The position numbers and the translations under genes were made by a program. A stretch of 64,000 nt of DNA from a bacterium. GTDB taxonomy: Bacteria > Patescibacteriota > Patescibacteriia > JAACEG01 > JAGUWE01. The notes under the pieces are model-generated. The model worked only from the letters and a program-made list of their open reading frames with translations, did not search any database and was not told the DNA's origin. Below are positions 19,597 through 32,073 of the stretch, one piece after another. Location of the stretch: the NCBI GenBank assembly GCA_043798995.1, contig JAZDOD010000011.1, positions 4,737 to 68,736 on the forward strand, read 5' to 3'. Position 1 is the stretch's first letter, and the number at the start of each line of letters is the position of its first letter.

Positions 19597-20409
19597 TTAC
19601 ACCGCTACCGGCGCTTTGATGGCCGGATGAGGATCATAATTTTCTAAAGTAAAATCTTCGTAGTGGAAACCGAAAATATCTTTGACTTCGGGATTAATTT
19701 TCATAATGGGTAGAGCTCGCGGCTCGCGGCTGAGCTGGAGTTTGACTTGCTCAAAATGATTATTGTAAATATGGACATCTCCGAAAGTATGAACAAAATC
19801 GCCAGGTTCCGTGCCCGTAGTTTGCGCCATCATCATGGTAAGCAGCGCGTAAGAAGCAATGTTAAAAGGCACGCCTAAAAAAACATCGGCGCTTCGCTGG
19901 TAAAGCTGGCAGGAAAGTTTATTATTGGCGACATAAAACTGAAAAATCATATGGCAGGGCGGGGGAGCAGTTTTTTTGCCGGAAATAAGTTGCCGCAAAT
20001 CCCCGACATTCCAGCCGCTGACAATAATGCGGCGGCAGTCAGGATTTTTTCTTATCATCTCCTGCGCCTCGGCGATTTGATTTATTTTTGTGCCGTCAGT
20101 CGCTTCCCAGCGCGTCCATTGTTTGCCATAAATTGGGCCAAGTTCGCCATTCTCATCAGCCCAAGCGTCCCAGATAGTCACGCCATTGTCATTTAAATAT
20201 TTAACATTAGTATCACCGCGCAAAAACCATAAAAGTTCATAAATAATTGATTTAAGGTGCAATTTTTTAGTTGTGACCAGCGGAAATCCTTCGGCTAGAT
20301 TAAAGCGCATTTGATAGCCAAAAATACTTTTTGTGCCGGTTCCGGTGCGGTCAGATTTATCAACGCCTTTATCTAAAATAGTTTGGAGAAGCTCTAGATA
20401 TTGCTTCAT
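19597..20409 (-). CDS. thyA: Thymidylate synthase
   Basis: [39 protein letters not shown]. Confidence 0.98.
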   Translation of the reverse strand: MKQYLELLQTILDKGVDKSDRTGTGTKSIFGYQMRFNLAEGFPLVTTKKLHLKSIIYELLWFLRGDTNVKYLNDNGVTIWDAWADENGELGPIYGKQWTRWEATDGTKINQIAEAQEMIRKNPDCRRIIVSGWNVGDLRQLISGKKTAPPPCHMIFQFYVANNKLSCQLYQRSADVFLGVPFNIASYALLTMMMAQTTGTEPGDFVHTFGDVHIYNNHFEQVKLQLSREPRALPIMKINPEVKDIFGFHYEDFTLENYDPHPAIKAPVAV

Positions 20410-20421
20410 AAATTATTTAAT

Positions 20422-20982
20422 TTATATTTTTATTATATTGCCTATTATTGCATCAACTTGATTGAACAAACTTTCAAAGGTGCCGGTGTTATCAATGTTA
20501 TAATCAGCCATAACAATCGGCCCGGCCTGGAAAAGATTTTCAATCTGGGCATAGTCTCGGCCTTGCGCTTCTTGGGGAGTTAATGGCCTTAAAAGGCGTT
20601 TGCCCAAGCGTTCATATCTTAACTTGGGCGAAGCATAAATGGCAATGGTAATAAAATCATCACCAAATTTTTCCCGAAAAAGAAGATATTCCTGCCAGTC
20701 ATAAAGACTTTCAACCAAGATCGGCGAATCGCCAGGCAGTTCCTCTATTTTTTTAATTATTTGGCTGGCGTAATAAAGCCGACCGTATTTATCCCGTAAG
20801 CCTTCACGGACCATTCGTTCATTTTTTTCATTTATTTCCAAACCTTGTTTTTTTGTTTCGTCAAAGGTTACATCGCCAAAATAAACTTTGGGCCAATTGT
20901 ATTTTCCTATCAAATAATTGATAACCTCGGTTTTACCGGAGCCGGGCAGTCCCAAAATGGCGACGATTTTTCTTTTGGTCAT
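20422..20982 (-). CDS. P-loop nucleotide kinase (archaeal dephospho-CoA-kinase-like)
   Basis: GLPGSGKT Walker A, ASPKLRYERLGKR, MADY. Confidence 0.65.
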   Translation of the reverse strand: MTKRKIVAILGLPGSGKTEVINYLIGKYNWPKVYFGDVTFDETKKQGLEINEKNERMVREGLRDKYGRLYYASQIIKKIEELPGDSPILVESLYDWQEYLLFREKFGDDFITIAIYASPKLRYERLGKRLLRPLTPQEAQGRDYAQIENLFQAGPIVMADYNIDNTGTFESLFNQVDAIIGNIIKI

Positions 20983-21070
20983 AATTATCTCTGATTAATA
21001 AGTTATTAAATTTTGTCTAATCCCTTTTGGTTGTTATCAAGAGAAAAAAGCAGGGGATGAGCCCCTCTTT

Positions 21071-21117
21071 TGTGGATAAATCGTTTTCATTATATCAAAT
21101 GATTTTTGATTTGGCAA
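21071..21117 (-). promoter_or_regulatory. Promoter of kinase-thyA-folA-tmk unit with downstream DnaA box
   Basis: Minus strand TTGCCA-17-TATAAT (21117-21089), then TTATCCACA (21079-21071). Confidence 0.65.
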
Positions 21118-21120
21118 AAA

Positions 21121-21153
21121 ACAAAAAATCCGCCTCTTCGGCGGATTTTTTGT
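21121..21153. terminator. Intrinsic terminator after rplA
   Basis: ACAAAAAATCCGCC-TCTTC-GGCGGATTTTTTGT. Confidence 0.8.
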
Positions 21154-21207
21154 TATTAGAATCCCAATCATCTCAATTATCCTAACAATCCCAATAATCC
21201 CATTATT

Positions 21208-21888
21208 TTATACCTGCACTTTGATCCCCGGGCCCATAGTAGAACAGATAACAACATTTTTAAGAAAAATACCCTTGGAAGAAGTGGGCTTGGCTTTGCG
21301 AAGGGCCGCAGTAAAGGCCTCAAAATTTTCCAATAATTTTTTTGTTTCAAGCGAAACCTTGCCGATAGCCTGATGAATATTGCCGGTCTCATCGTTTTTA
21401 AAGTTGATTTTACCCTTTTTAATTTCCAAAATTGTTTTGGCAATATTGGTAGTGACAGTTTCGTTTTTTGGCGAAGGCATGAGTCCTTTAGGGCCTAAAA
21501 TTTTAGCAATTTGGGCTAAATTTTTCATCATCTCCGGCGTGGCAATGGCTACATCAAAATTAACTTTACTGCTTTTTTTGATTTCTTTAATTAAATCATC
21601 ACTGCCGACTAAATCAGCTCCGGCTTCTTTGGCCGTTTTAGCGTCTTTATCAGCCACAAAAGCGGCGATTTTTTTAGTTTTGCCGATCGGGTGAGGAAGT
21701 GTGGCTACCGTTCTGACTTGCTGATCGCTTTTTTTGGTATCAATGCCCAAACGGCAGTGGACTTCAACTGAAGCATCAAAGTGAGTGGTTGAAATTTTTT
21801 TTACCAACTCTATAGCTTCCTCCGGAGAGTAAGTTTTGTTTTTGTCAATAAGTTTTGTGATTTCCTGATAACGTTTGCTTCTTGGCAT
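21208..21888 (-). CDS. rplA: 50S ribosomal protein L1
   Basis: FDASVEVH, LGPKGLMPSPK, STMGPG. Confidence 0.98.
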   Translation of the reverse strand: MPRSKRYQEITKLIDKNKTYSPEEAIELVKKISTTHFDASVEVHCRLGIDTKKSDQQVRTVATLPHPIGKTKKIAAFVADKDAKTAKEAGADLVGSDDLIKEIKKSSKVNFDVAIATPEMMKNLAQIAKILGPKGLMPSPKNETVTTNIAKTILEIKKGKINFKNDETGNIHQAIGKVSLETKKLLENFEAFTAALRKAKPTSSKGIFLKNVVICSTMGPGIKVQV

Positions 21889-21913
21889 ACCTTAAAAATT
21901 TTAAATTTTAAAT

Positions 21914-22339
21914 TTAGTCTTTAACTTCTATCCCCATTTGTCGAGCCGTGCCTTCAATAATTTTCATTGCCGCTTCAACTGAATTAGCGTTTAAATCGGG
22001 TAGTTTTTTTTCGGCGATTTCTCTGATTTGCGCCTTGGTGACTTTGCCGACTTTTTCGGTCAGGGGTTTGCCAGAACCTTTTTGAATACTGGCTGCTTTT
22101 TTCAGAAGTTCGGCGGCCGGCGGAGTTTTAGTGATAAAAGCATAGGTTCTGTCTTCGTAAACGGTAATTTCCACCGGTGTAATTTCACCTAATTGTTTTT
22201 GAGTTAAGGCATTGAACTTAGAACAGAATTCAGCAATATTTAAGCCATGTTGGCCCAAGGCCGGACCAACCGGAGGAGCGGGCGTTGCTTGTCCGGCCGG
22301 AATTTGTAATTTGATAATTGTTTTAATCTTTTTAGCCAT
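21914..22339 (-). CDS. rplK: 50S ribosomal protein L11
   Basis: [23 protein letters not shown]; start at MAKKIK. Confidence 0.98.
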   Translation of the reverse strand: MAKKIKTIIKLQIPAGQATPAPPVGPALGQHGLNIAEFCSKFNALTQKQLGEITPVEITVYEDRTYAFITKTPPAAELLKKAASIQKGSGKPLTEKVGKVTKAQIREIAEKKLPDLNANSVEAAMKIIEGTARQMGIEVKD

Positions 22340-22517
22340 ACTTTTCCAAAAAATTCGAAATTCGAAGCACGAAATTCGAAACAATATTTAATTTTTTAAA
22401 TTCCAAACAATTTTGAATTTTGGAATTTATAATTTGTGATTTGTTTAGTATTTCGCCCCTATCATTCGATGGGGCGACCCGTCGGATGACTGGGTCGGAT
22501 TTGGGGTTTCGGATTTG

Positions 22518-23063
22518 TTAGATTTTTTTCACCTGAAGGAAATCCAATTCCACCGGAGTTTCGCGGCCAAAGACAGAAACTAAAATCTTAACTTTGCCGC
22601 GCTCTTCATCAATTTCGGCGACCTTGCCTTCATAATTCTTAAACGGGCCGTCAATTATTCTGACCGGCATTCCCTCGGTAATATCAATCTTGAATTTTGG
22701 TTCTTCCACGCCCATTCGTTTTTGCAAGGCCTCAACTTCTTCTTTGGAAATCGGAATAGGAGTAGTGCCGGAGCCGATAAAACCCGTGACGTTGGGAGTG
22801 TTGCGAACCACATACCAAGAATCGTCGGTCACCAGCATTTCCACCAAAACATAACCAGGGAAAATTTTTTCGGTGACGACTTTCCTTTTGCTATTTTTAA
22901 TTTTAATCTTTTTCTCGGTGGGAATCAGAATATTGAAGATTTTGTCTTCCATACCCATTGATTCCACGCGCTGGCGCAAATTGTGAGCAACATTTTCTTC
23001 ATAGCCGGAGTAAGTGTGAATGACATACCATTGCCGCCCTCGGTCTATAATTTGCTTAGGCAT
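22518..23063 (-). CDS. nusG: Transcription termination/antitermination factor NusG
   Basis: WYVIHTYSGYE, FPGYVLVEM, FGRETPVEL. Confidence 0.98.
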   Translation of the reverse strand: MPKQIIDRGRQWYVIHTYSGYEENVAHNLRQRVESMGMEDKIFNILIPTEKKIKIKNSKRKVVTEKIFPGYVLVEMLVTDDSWYVVRNTPNVTGFIGSGTTPIPISKEEVEALQKRMGVEEPKFKIDITEGMPVRIIDGPFKNYEGKVAEIDEERGKVKILVSVFGRETPVELDFLQVKKI

Positions 23064-23072
23064 ATCTAGAGA

Positions 23073-23267
23073 TTATTTATTAATTACTAAATTGACAAGC
23101 AAGGTAAAACCATAGTCAAGAGTTCCTAAAAAAATCGCTAGTCCCAAACTAATGCCAATAACCAAAAAGGAGTGGTTAATAGTTTCCTGGCGAGAAGGCC
23201 AACTTACTTTTTTAAGCTCTTGACGCGAAGCCTTGACATAATTAATTAATTGATTAAAAAGTTTCAT
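23073..23267 (-). CDS. secE: Protein translocase subunit SecE
   Basis: ELKKVSWPSRQE plus TM helix; upstream of nusG. Confidence 0.95.
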   Translation of the reverse strand: MKLFNQLINYVKASRQELKKVSWPSRQETINHSFLVIGISLGLAIFLGTLDYGFTLLVNLVINK

Positions 23268-23374
23268 AAATTAAGAAATAAAATCATTTAATTAAAACTC
23301 TATCTTAAAAAGACCCCCGGGGTCTTTGATTATTTTATAGTATAGCATAATTAAAAAATTTGGCAAGAGGAGGT

Positions 23375-25465
<2,091 letters not shown>

Positions 25466-25656
25466 TTACTTTCCTCGTTATTTTAGATAGTTTTATAATC
25501 AATATTTAAATTAAAAATTGGCTTCAATCAGCCAAAATTTGGCGTCTTTTTTTTATTCTTTTAACTATAATTATTTTAGCATATCGGGAAAAAAATGGCA
25601 AGGCCATTTTTTTTATTTTTTTTAAATTTATGGTATAATTCTAAATAATAAATCTT

Positions 25657-26502
25657 ATGCCTGTATCAAACAAACAAAAAACCAACGGACAGTTGAGTTT
25701 TGGTTATTGGTGGGTCAGTAACCACCTGCTTATCAAGAAAATATTGCTTTGGCTTTTCGTTGTTTTTGATGCTTTTCTAATTGGTTTGTCGGTTTATTTT
25801 ATTGTCAGTTTTTCCCTGGAAAAGCCGTTGACCTGGGTTTTTACGCCGATTCGTTATGCCCAGCCGCCTCAAGCGCTTGAAGTTTTGGAAACTCAAGTTT
25901 TATCCACTGGCATTAACCGCTATGATTTAATAGCCAGAGTTAAAAATCCTAACGCTGCTATTGCCGTGGCTTCATTTGATTATCGTTTTAAAAGCGGAAC
26001 TTTTGTCGGCGAATTTCGCCGCAGTTTTATTTTACCCAATGAGGAAAAATTTTTAGTTGAACTGGGAGTTGAAAGCCAAACCGCGCCTAATTTAGCCGAA
26101 ATTGAAATTGCCACTAATATCCACTGGCTGCGTCTTGGCAAAATTCTGCCACCAGGTGGGTATGATGATTTTCGGGAAAATCACCTTAATTTTGAAATCA
26201 AAAACAAGGCTTTTACTTCGGCCGCTGAGCTGAAAGTGAGCGAGAAAATACCGATTAATAAATCCAGCTTTACCATTACTAATCAAACCGCTTACAGTTA
26301 TTATGAAGTCGGGCTTTTTATCGGTCTTTATAATTATGAAAAGTTAGTAGCCATTAATTATCTAAAACTTAATAATTTTTTAGCCGGCGAAAGCCGCCAA
26401 GTAGATTTGAACTGGCTGCAGAATCTGCCGCGCGTTAGCGAAATCAAAGTTGAGCCGGAAGTTAATATTCTTGACGAAGAAGCGTATATTAGACCTTTGT
26501 AA
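25657..26502 (+). CDS. Membrane-anchored hypothetical protein (Ig-like repeats likely)
   Basis: 281 aa ORF, N-terminal TM, ARVKNPN motif. Confidence 0.65.
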   Translation: MPVSNKQKTNGQLSFGYWWVSNHLLIKKILLWLFVVFDAFLIGLSVYFIVSFSLEKPLTWVFTPIRYAQPPQALEVLETQVLSTGINRYDLIARVKNPNAAIAVASFDYRFKSGTFVGEFRRSFILPNEEKFLVELGVESQTAPNLAEIEIATNIHWLRLGKILPPGGYDDFRENHLNFEIKNKAFTSAAELKVSEKIPINKSSFTITNQTAYSYYEVGLFIGLYNYEKLVAINYLKLNNFLAGESRQVDLNWLQNLPRVSEIKVEPEVNILDEEAYIRPL

Positions 26503-26520
26503 TTTATAAAATTAGGTTAT

Positions 26521-27630
26521 ATGAAATTAAAATTAAGTTATGTCAAACAATTTGACCTGATTTTACTAGCTTGCGTCGGGCTCTTGGTTTCAATCAGTTT
26601 AGCTACTATTTACAGTCTGGATTTGGCCAAAGATAATCCAGATTTTTTAAATTTTAATAAGCAACTGGTTTTTGCGGTTTTGGGCCTGGCTTTTCTTCTT
26701 TTTTTTAGTTTTTTGGATTACCGGTTGCTGCGCAATTACAGCTTTCTAATTTACACTTCAGCGGTTATTTTTTTAATTTCAGTTCTGTTTTTAGGCAGTG
26801 AAATTCACGGCACCAAAGGATGGTTTTATATCCGAGGTTTTGGCATTCAGCCGGTGGAGTTGGCCAAGATTGCCCTGATTATTTATTTAGCCAGTTTTTT
26901 TGCCCGGCATTCGCGCGAATCGCGGCGTTTTAGTTTCATTGGCATTACCGGTGTTATCACTTTTGGTTTAATCGCTTTAGTTTTGCTTCAGCCGGATCTT
27001 GGCTCGGCCACCATTTTAGCTTTGATCTGGCTGGGGATTTTGCTGATTTCCGGCATCAAACGCAAACATCTTCTGATTCTTGTCAGCATTTTTTTAATCA
27101 TTTTTATTTTTGCCTGGTTTTTTTTGCTTAAAGATTATCAGAAAGCGAGAATTCAGACTTTTTTTAATCCTTCGCTTAATCCGCGCGGCAGCGGTTACAA
27201 TGTTACCCAATCAATCGTGGCTGTCGGTTCCGGTAAAACCATTGGCCGCGGTTTGGAATCAGGCAGTCAAAGCCAGCTTAAATTTTTACCGGCCGCTGAA
27301 ACCGATTTTATTTTTGCCGTCATCGCCGAAAAACTGGGGATGGCCGGCGCCGGTTTGGTTTTGATAATCTGGTTTGTCCTTTTTTACCGGGGCTATAATT
27401 TATTGCGTCGCGTTCATGATGAGTTTGCCTTGTTTTTAATTATCGGCGCGATGATTTATTTTTTTGCCCAGGTTTTTCTTAATGTCGGCATGAATATCGG
27501 CATTGCGCCGGTGATGGGTTTGCCCTTGCCATTTTTGTCCGCCGGCGGGAGCTCACTCCTCACCAGCTTGGCCATTATCGGGATTTTGGAAAGTATTAAT
27601 ATCCGTAATCCAAAATTCAGGTCAGCGTAG
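26521..27630 (+). CDS. rodA: SEDS-family peptidoglycan glycosyltransferase (RodA)
   Basis: IQPVELAK, LQPDLGS, YQKARI, LPAAETDFIF, PLPFLSAGGSS. Confidence 0.92.
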   Translation: MKLKLSYVKQFDLILLACVGLLVSISLATIYSLDLAKDNPDFLNFNKQLVFAVLGLAFLLFFSFLDYRLLRNYSFLIYTSAVIFLISVLFLGSEIHGTKGWFYIRGFGIQPVELAKIALIIYLASFFARHSRESRRFSFIGITGVITFGLIALVLLQPDLGSATILALIWLGILLISGIKRKHLLILVSIFLIIFIFAWFFLLKDYQKARIQTFFNPSLNPRGSGYNVTQSIVAVGSGKTIGRGLESGSQSQLKFLPAAETDFIFAVIAEKLGMAGAGLVLIIWFVLFYRGYNLLRRVHDEFALFLIIGAMIYFFAQVFLNVGMNIGIAPVMGLPLPFLSAGGSSLLTSLAIIGILESINIRNPKFRSA

Positions 27631-27832
27631 AGATAAGTTAAAAGTTAAAATTCAAAAGTTTTCCCTCCTTTAAGAAAGGAGGGTTAGGGTGGATTTAAAA
27701 ATAAAAACAAGGTCGGTTTTTAAGCCGACCTTTTGAGGTTTCTCAAAAAGTCAAGGTTTTTCTTTTTAAGGAAGTTGTGGTAAAATATAATTAGTTAGAT
27801 TTAGGATTTATGATTTAAGAATTAAGGAATTT

Positions 27833-28432
27833 ATGGTGAACCCAAGCGTTAAAATTTCAAACATTATAACTAAAGACAATTATTTCAACAAACGAACTGG
27901 TCTTACTCTTATTGAGTTATTGGTAGTGATTGCTATCGTTGGTATTTTGTCTACCTTAACTATCATCACAATTAACTCCGCTAAAGCCAAAGCCCGAGAT
28001 GCCAAAAGAATGCATGACACCCGTCAAATCATTATTGCCTTGTCAATGTATTATCAAGATTATGGCTATTATCCCAAATATACTTTTAATTGCGGTTTTT
28101 TGATGAACTTTGGTGCAGAATGCTCAGGGGCAGATCCTTCTAATTTTTTAAAGCCGTTGCAAGACGCTGGTTATTTTGCCCAGACACCCGTTGATCCACT
28201 TAATAACGGGGGCTATTTTTATTATTATTTAAGTTACGCATGTGAGTTAACATTGGGTGGTAGTAGTCCAAATTATAATTCCAATACCCCAACAAATTAC
28301 GTACTTTGGTGGCAATACGAAAAAGCAAACAGAACCTGTGATAGCATCATTTATAATTTATGCAAAGTACCTCCTAATCAAGTGGATATTACCGGGTGGA
28401 TGAGTCACGCTGCTTGCAATTATAGTCAATAA
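27833..28432 (+). CDS. Type IV pilin/pseudopilin
   Basis: G/LTLIELLVVIAIVGIL prepilin motif, KARDAKR, PVDP. Confidence 0.9.
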   Translation: MVNPSVKISNIITKDNYFNKRTGLTLIELLVVIAIVGILSTLTIITINSAKAKARDAKRMHDTRQIIIALSMYYQDYGYYPKYTFNCGFLMNFGAECSGADPSNFLKPLQDAGYFAQTPVDPLNNGGYFYYYLSYACELTLGGSSPNYNSNTPTNYVLWWQYEKANRTCDSIIYNLCKVPPNQVDITGWMSHAACNYSQ

Positions 28433-28459
28433 TATTTGGTTTAAACATATAATTTTATT

Positions 28460-28828
28460 ATGTCTCAAAACCCCGCCACTCAAGCGCTAAAATTTGTCCT
28501 GGTTGATTTAATCGGGGATGTTTTGTATTTTCCAATTTGGTGGTATAACGAGGGGTTGAAGAAAACCACCAATTTTTGCTTAAACCAAATTCGCGATATG
28601 GAAAAGAGTTTGGCTCTTAGAGTATGGCTCGTTAATTTTTTTGTGCCGATGTACGGCCAATATGATTGGCAGGGCCGGCTCATCAGTGTTTTTATGCGTT
28701 TTGCCCAGATTATTTATCGGATAATTGTGATTATTTTCTGGTCAATTTTAATTGCTTTACTTTTTTTAATTTATTTGATTCTGCCGTTTTTTGTTTTGAT
28801 TCAGATTTTATTGGTGATTGTTTCGTAA
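28460..28828 (+). CDS. Small membrane protein upstream of Clp ATPase
   Basis: YFPIWWY, NFFVPMYGQ, C-terminal TM. Confidence 0.75.
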   Translation: MSQNPATQALKFVLVDLIGDVLYFPIWWYNEGLKKTTNFCLNQIRDMEKSLALRVWLVNFFVPMYGQYDWQGRLISVFMRFAQIIYRIIVIIFWSILIALLFLIYLILPFFVLIQILLVIVS

Positions 28829-28840
28829 GGAATTTTTTTC

Positions 28841-29230
28841 TGTCATTGCGATCCGCCAGCTGGCGGAGAAGCAATCTCTTCCTTAATTTATGAAACACAA
28901 AAAATACTATGTCTATATAATGACTAATAAAACTAACTCCACGCTTTATAGCGGTGTAACAAATAATCTTAAAGAGAGAGTCTATCAACATAAAGGCAAA
29001 TTAATCGAAGGATTTACTAAAAAGTATAACATTAATAAATTAGTTTATTATGAGGAGTTTAACAATGCTTACGATGCAATCGCTCGAGAGAAACAAATTA
29101 AAGCGGGTTCAAGGAAAAAGAAAATTGAACTAATTGAGAAAGAAAATAAAAATTGGAAGAATTTAAGCGAAGATTGGTAAAGTGAGATTGCCGCGTCGTC
29201 CTGCCTGCGGCGGGACTCCTCGCAATGACA
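28841..29230 (+). mobile_element. Putative palindrome-flanked GIY-YIG element (family B)
   Basis: TGTCATTGCGA...GCAATCTC (28841-28878) and GAGATTGC...TCGCAATGACA (29184-29230) bracket the nuclease gene. Confidence 0.7.
28890..29180 (+). CDS. GIY-YIG nuclease (stand-alone)
   Basis: YYVYIMTNKTNSTLYSGVTNNLKERVYQHK...FTKKY...LVYYE...AIAREKQIK. Confidence 0.92.
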   Translation: MKHKKYYVYIMTNKTNSTLYSGVTNNLKERVYQHKGKLIEGFTKKYNINKLVYYEEFNNAYDAIAREKQIKAGSRKKKIELIEKENKNWKNLSEDW

Positions 29231-29244
29231 AAAACACAAACTCC

Positions 29245-32013
29245 ATGCCGGAAAATAAAAAAATAGAATCAACCCCGCAACTTATCAATTGCCCGACTTG
29301 TGCCGGCAGAGGCAAGGTTGAAGGAAAAACCTGTCCTTTTTGTTTAGGTTTGGGCCAGATGGCTTTCTTGGACGGCCAGTTTTTATATTGGGATAAAAAA
29401 ATCAGCTTTTTAGCTATTCTTCAGCGAAAAACCGAACAGACGGTCAAAAATATTTTGGAGTTTAGTTTGTTTTTCTTTGGCATTTTGGGTTTGACCGTCT
29501 TGGCTTGGGAAATTTGGCAAGTTGGCGCCGCCAATTTTTTTAACTGGGAATATTTTTTCCATCAGGAAAAAATCATGCTTATCTTCTGGTTGAGTATTCT
29601 GACCGATATGTATTTTTTTTATCGTAAAGACCGAGAATTTACCGCCAAAGAAAAAGTCAGAAAAAGAAAATATGGCGCAATAGAAATACCCTTGGTTTTA
29701 GAAGAAAATTACTGGCCGGATTTAGCTAAAATTGCCAAAGACAATAAAATTGAAGTTTCACAGGTGATGTCGCAGGAAGCATTGATTGCCGTTGAACAAT
29801 CCTGGCAGATGGCCCAGCGCCTAAAACTTAAAGAAGTTTTACCAATTCATCTTTTAGCTCATTTATTTTTTTCTGATAAAGTAAGAATTATTTTTGCCCG
29901 ATTAGGCATTAATGTTGAGGAAGTGCTGACTAAAATCAGGCATTTAATTGAAGGGGGGAATCACCCTCCGGAAGAAGCGCCCGGCATTTCTCCCGAGCTT
30001 AAGCAGATTTTTTTCTGGGCTTATCAACATGCCTTCCTCAGCCAGCGGAAGGAAGTTGATGTGGTGGAATTGCTTTTGGCCTTAAGCCAGAAAAATCCGA
30101 GTATCCAGGATTTATTTTTGGACTTGGAAATTGATCAGGATAAAATTAGAAATGTAGTTGAGTGGGTCAAGATTCAGGAAAGCTTAAGGCAGCGCTGGCT
30201 GCGCTTCAGGCATCGGGCTGCCTGGAAGCCCAAGGGCTCAATGGATCGGGCTATGACAGCTGTGGCCACGCCCTTTTTGGATTATTTCAGCCAGGACTTG
30301 ACATTATTAGCCAAAATGGGTTATTTAGATTTATGCGTTGGCCGGGAAAAAGAAATAGAAGAAATTTTTCGGGTCATTGAAGCCAATCGGCAGAGCGTGA
30401 TTCTGGTCGGCAATCCCGGCGTGGGCAAAACCACCATTATTGAAGGCATTGCCGGATTGATGGTTTCGGAAGATGTGCCGAATCTCATTCAGGACAAAAG
30501 GTTTGTCAGTTTAAGCGCGGCCAAATTAATTAGCGGCGCTTCTCCCTCCGAGGCCCAAGGCCGGCTTTTAAGCGTTATTGAAGAAATCCGACGCGCCGGC
30601 AATATTGTTTTGTTTATCAGCGATATCCAGGAAATGGTTGGCATTACCCCCGGCGGCGAAGAAAGTTTAGATTTGGCCGGAGTGCTTTTCCAAGCGCTGG
30701 CTAAAAATTATTTTTTCTGTTTTGCTACCACCACGCCGTCTGATTACACCCGTTATTTGGAAGCAGCTTCGGGTTTAAGTCAGGTTTTTCAGAAAATTGA
30801 GGTTGCCGAGCCGGATGTTAATCAGACGATTCAGATTTTGGAAGCTAAAAGCGCCCGCATTGAAGCGCAAAACCAAGTTTATTTTTCCTATAATGCCATA
30901 GAAAGAACGGTTCAGCTGGCTATCCGCTATATTCACGATAGATTCCTGCCGGAAAAAGCCATTCGCATTTTGGAACAGGTGGCAATTTATGCGCAAAAGA
31001 AAAAAGGCGCTAATACCATTGTTGGAGCTGAAGATGTGGCGGAAATAATTTCTCAAAAAACCAACATTCCGGTAACCAAAGTGACCGAAGAAGAATCGGA
31101 AAAACTTTTGACTCTGGAAGACAAAATTCACGAGAGAATAGTTGATCAAGAAGAAGCTGTTAAAATAGTGGCCTCGGCCTTGCGCCGGGCCAGAGCAGAA
31201 CTCAGAGACATTAAGCGGCCGATTGTTAATCTGCTTTTCTTGGGTCCGACCGGCGTTGGTAAAACCGAAGTTTCCAAAACCGTGGCTGAAGTCTACTTCG
31301 GCTCCGAAGAAAATATGATTCGTTTGGATATGAGCGAATATCAGGAGCAGACCAGCGTCTATCGGATGATTGGCTCGCCTCTGGGCAGGCAGCGAGAGCC
31401 CGGCTACTTAACCGAAGCGGTCAGAAATAATCCTTTTTCTTTGGTACTCCTAGATGAAGTTGAAAAAGCTCATCCGGATATTTTAAATTTATTTTTACAA
31501 GTAATGGATGATGGTCGTCTGACTGATAATTTAGGCCGGACTATTGATTTTACCAATGTCATTTTAATCGCCACTTCCAATGCCGGCACCGGTTTTATTC
31601 AGGAAAAAATGAAAGAAGGTTGGTCGGTTGAAAAAATTAAACAAGGATTAATTGAGATGGAAATTAAGCAATATTTTCGGCCGGAATTTCTCAACCGTTT
31701 TGACGGCATTGTGGTTTTTAAACCTTTGAGTATGACCGAAGTGGTAGAAATCGCTAAATTACTTTTAAAGAAAGTTGCCCAAAGATTAGTTGACAAAGGA
31801 ATTAATTTAGAAGTCAGTGATGAAGCCGTTTCAGAATTAGCCCAGGCCGGTTTTGACCCGCAATTTGGCGCGAGACCCTTGCGGCGTGTCATCCAAGAGC
31901 GAATTGACGACAGTTTAGCCCATTATTTACTGACTCAAAAACTTAGCCGTCGCGACACCATTGTTTTTCAAGCCGGGGGAGTGATTGAAGTGAAAAAAGC
32001 CAGGAAGTTGTAA
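29245..32013 (+). CDS. Clp/Hsp100 AAA+ ATPase with N-terminal zinc finger and TM segments
   Basis: GNPGVGKT and GPTGVGKT Walker A, RLDMSEY, LLDEVEKAH, FRPEFLNR, GARPLRR; start at MPENKK. Confidence 0.9.
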   Translation: MPENKKIESTPQLINCPTCAGRGKVEGKTCPFCLGLGQMAFLDGQFLYWDKKISFLAILQRKTEQTVKNILEFSLFFFGILGLTVLAWEIWQVGAANFFNWEYFFHQEKIMLIFWLSILTDMYFFYRKDREFTAKEKVRKRKYGAIEIPLVLEENYWPDLAKIAKDNKIEVSQVMSQEALIAVEQSWQMAQRLKLKEVLPIHLLAHLFFSDKVRIIFARLGINVEEVLTKIRHLIEGGNHPPEEAPGISPELKQIFFWAYQHAFLSQRKEVDVVELLLALSQKNPSIQDLFLDLEIDQDKIRNVVEWVKIQESLRQRWLRFRHRAAWKPKGSMDRAMTAVATPFLDYFSQDLTLLAKMGYLDLCVGREKEIEEIFRVIEANRQSVILVGNPGVGKTTIIEGIAGLMVSEDVPNLIQDKRFVSLSAAKLISGASPSEAQGRLLSVIEEIRRAGNIVLFISDIQEMVGITPGGEESLDLAGVLFQALAKNYFFCFATTTPSDYTRYLEAASGLSQVFQKIEVAEPDVNQTIQILEAKSARIEAQNQVYFSYNAIERTVQLAIRYIHDRFLPEKAIRILEQVAIYAQKKKGANTIVGAEDVAEIISQKTNIPVTKVTEEESEKLLTLEDKIHERIVDQEEAVKIVASALRRARAELRDIKRPIVNLLFLGPTGVGKTEVSKTVAEVYFGSEENMIRLDMSEYQEQTSVYRMIGSPLGRQREPGYLTEAVRNNPFSLVLLDEVEKAHPDILNLFLQVMDDGRLTDNLGRTIDFTNVILIATSNAGTGFIQEKMKEGWSVEKIKQGLIEMEIKQYFRPEFLNRFDGIVVFKPLSMTEVVEIAKLLLKKVAQRLVDKGINLEVSDEAVSELAQAGFDPQFGARPLRRVIQERIDDSLAHYLLTQKLSRRDTIVFQAGGVIEVKKARKL

Positions 32014-32073
32014 GAGATTTTTAAAATAAAAAAAAAGGGTTCTTTTAAAAAGGAACCCTTTTGATTTTGGTAA

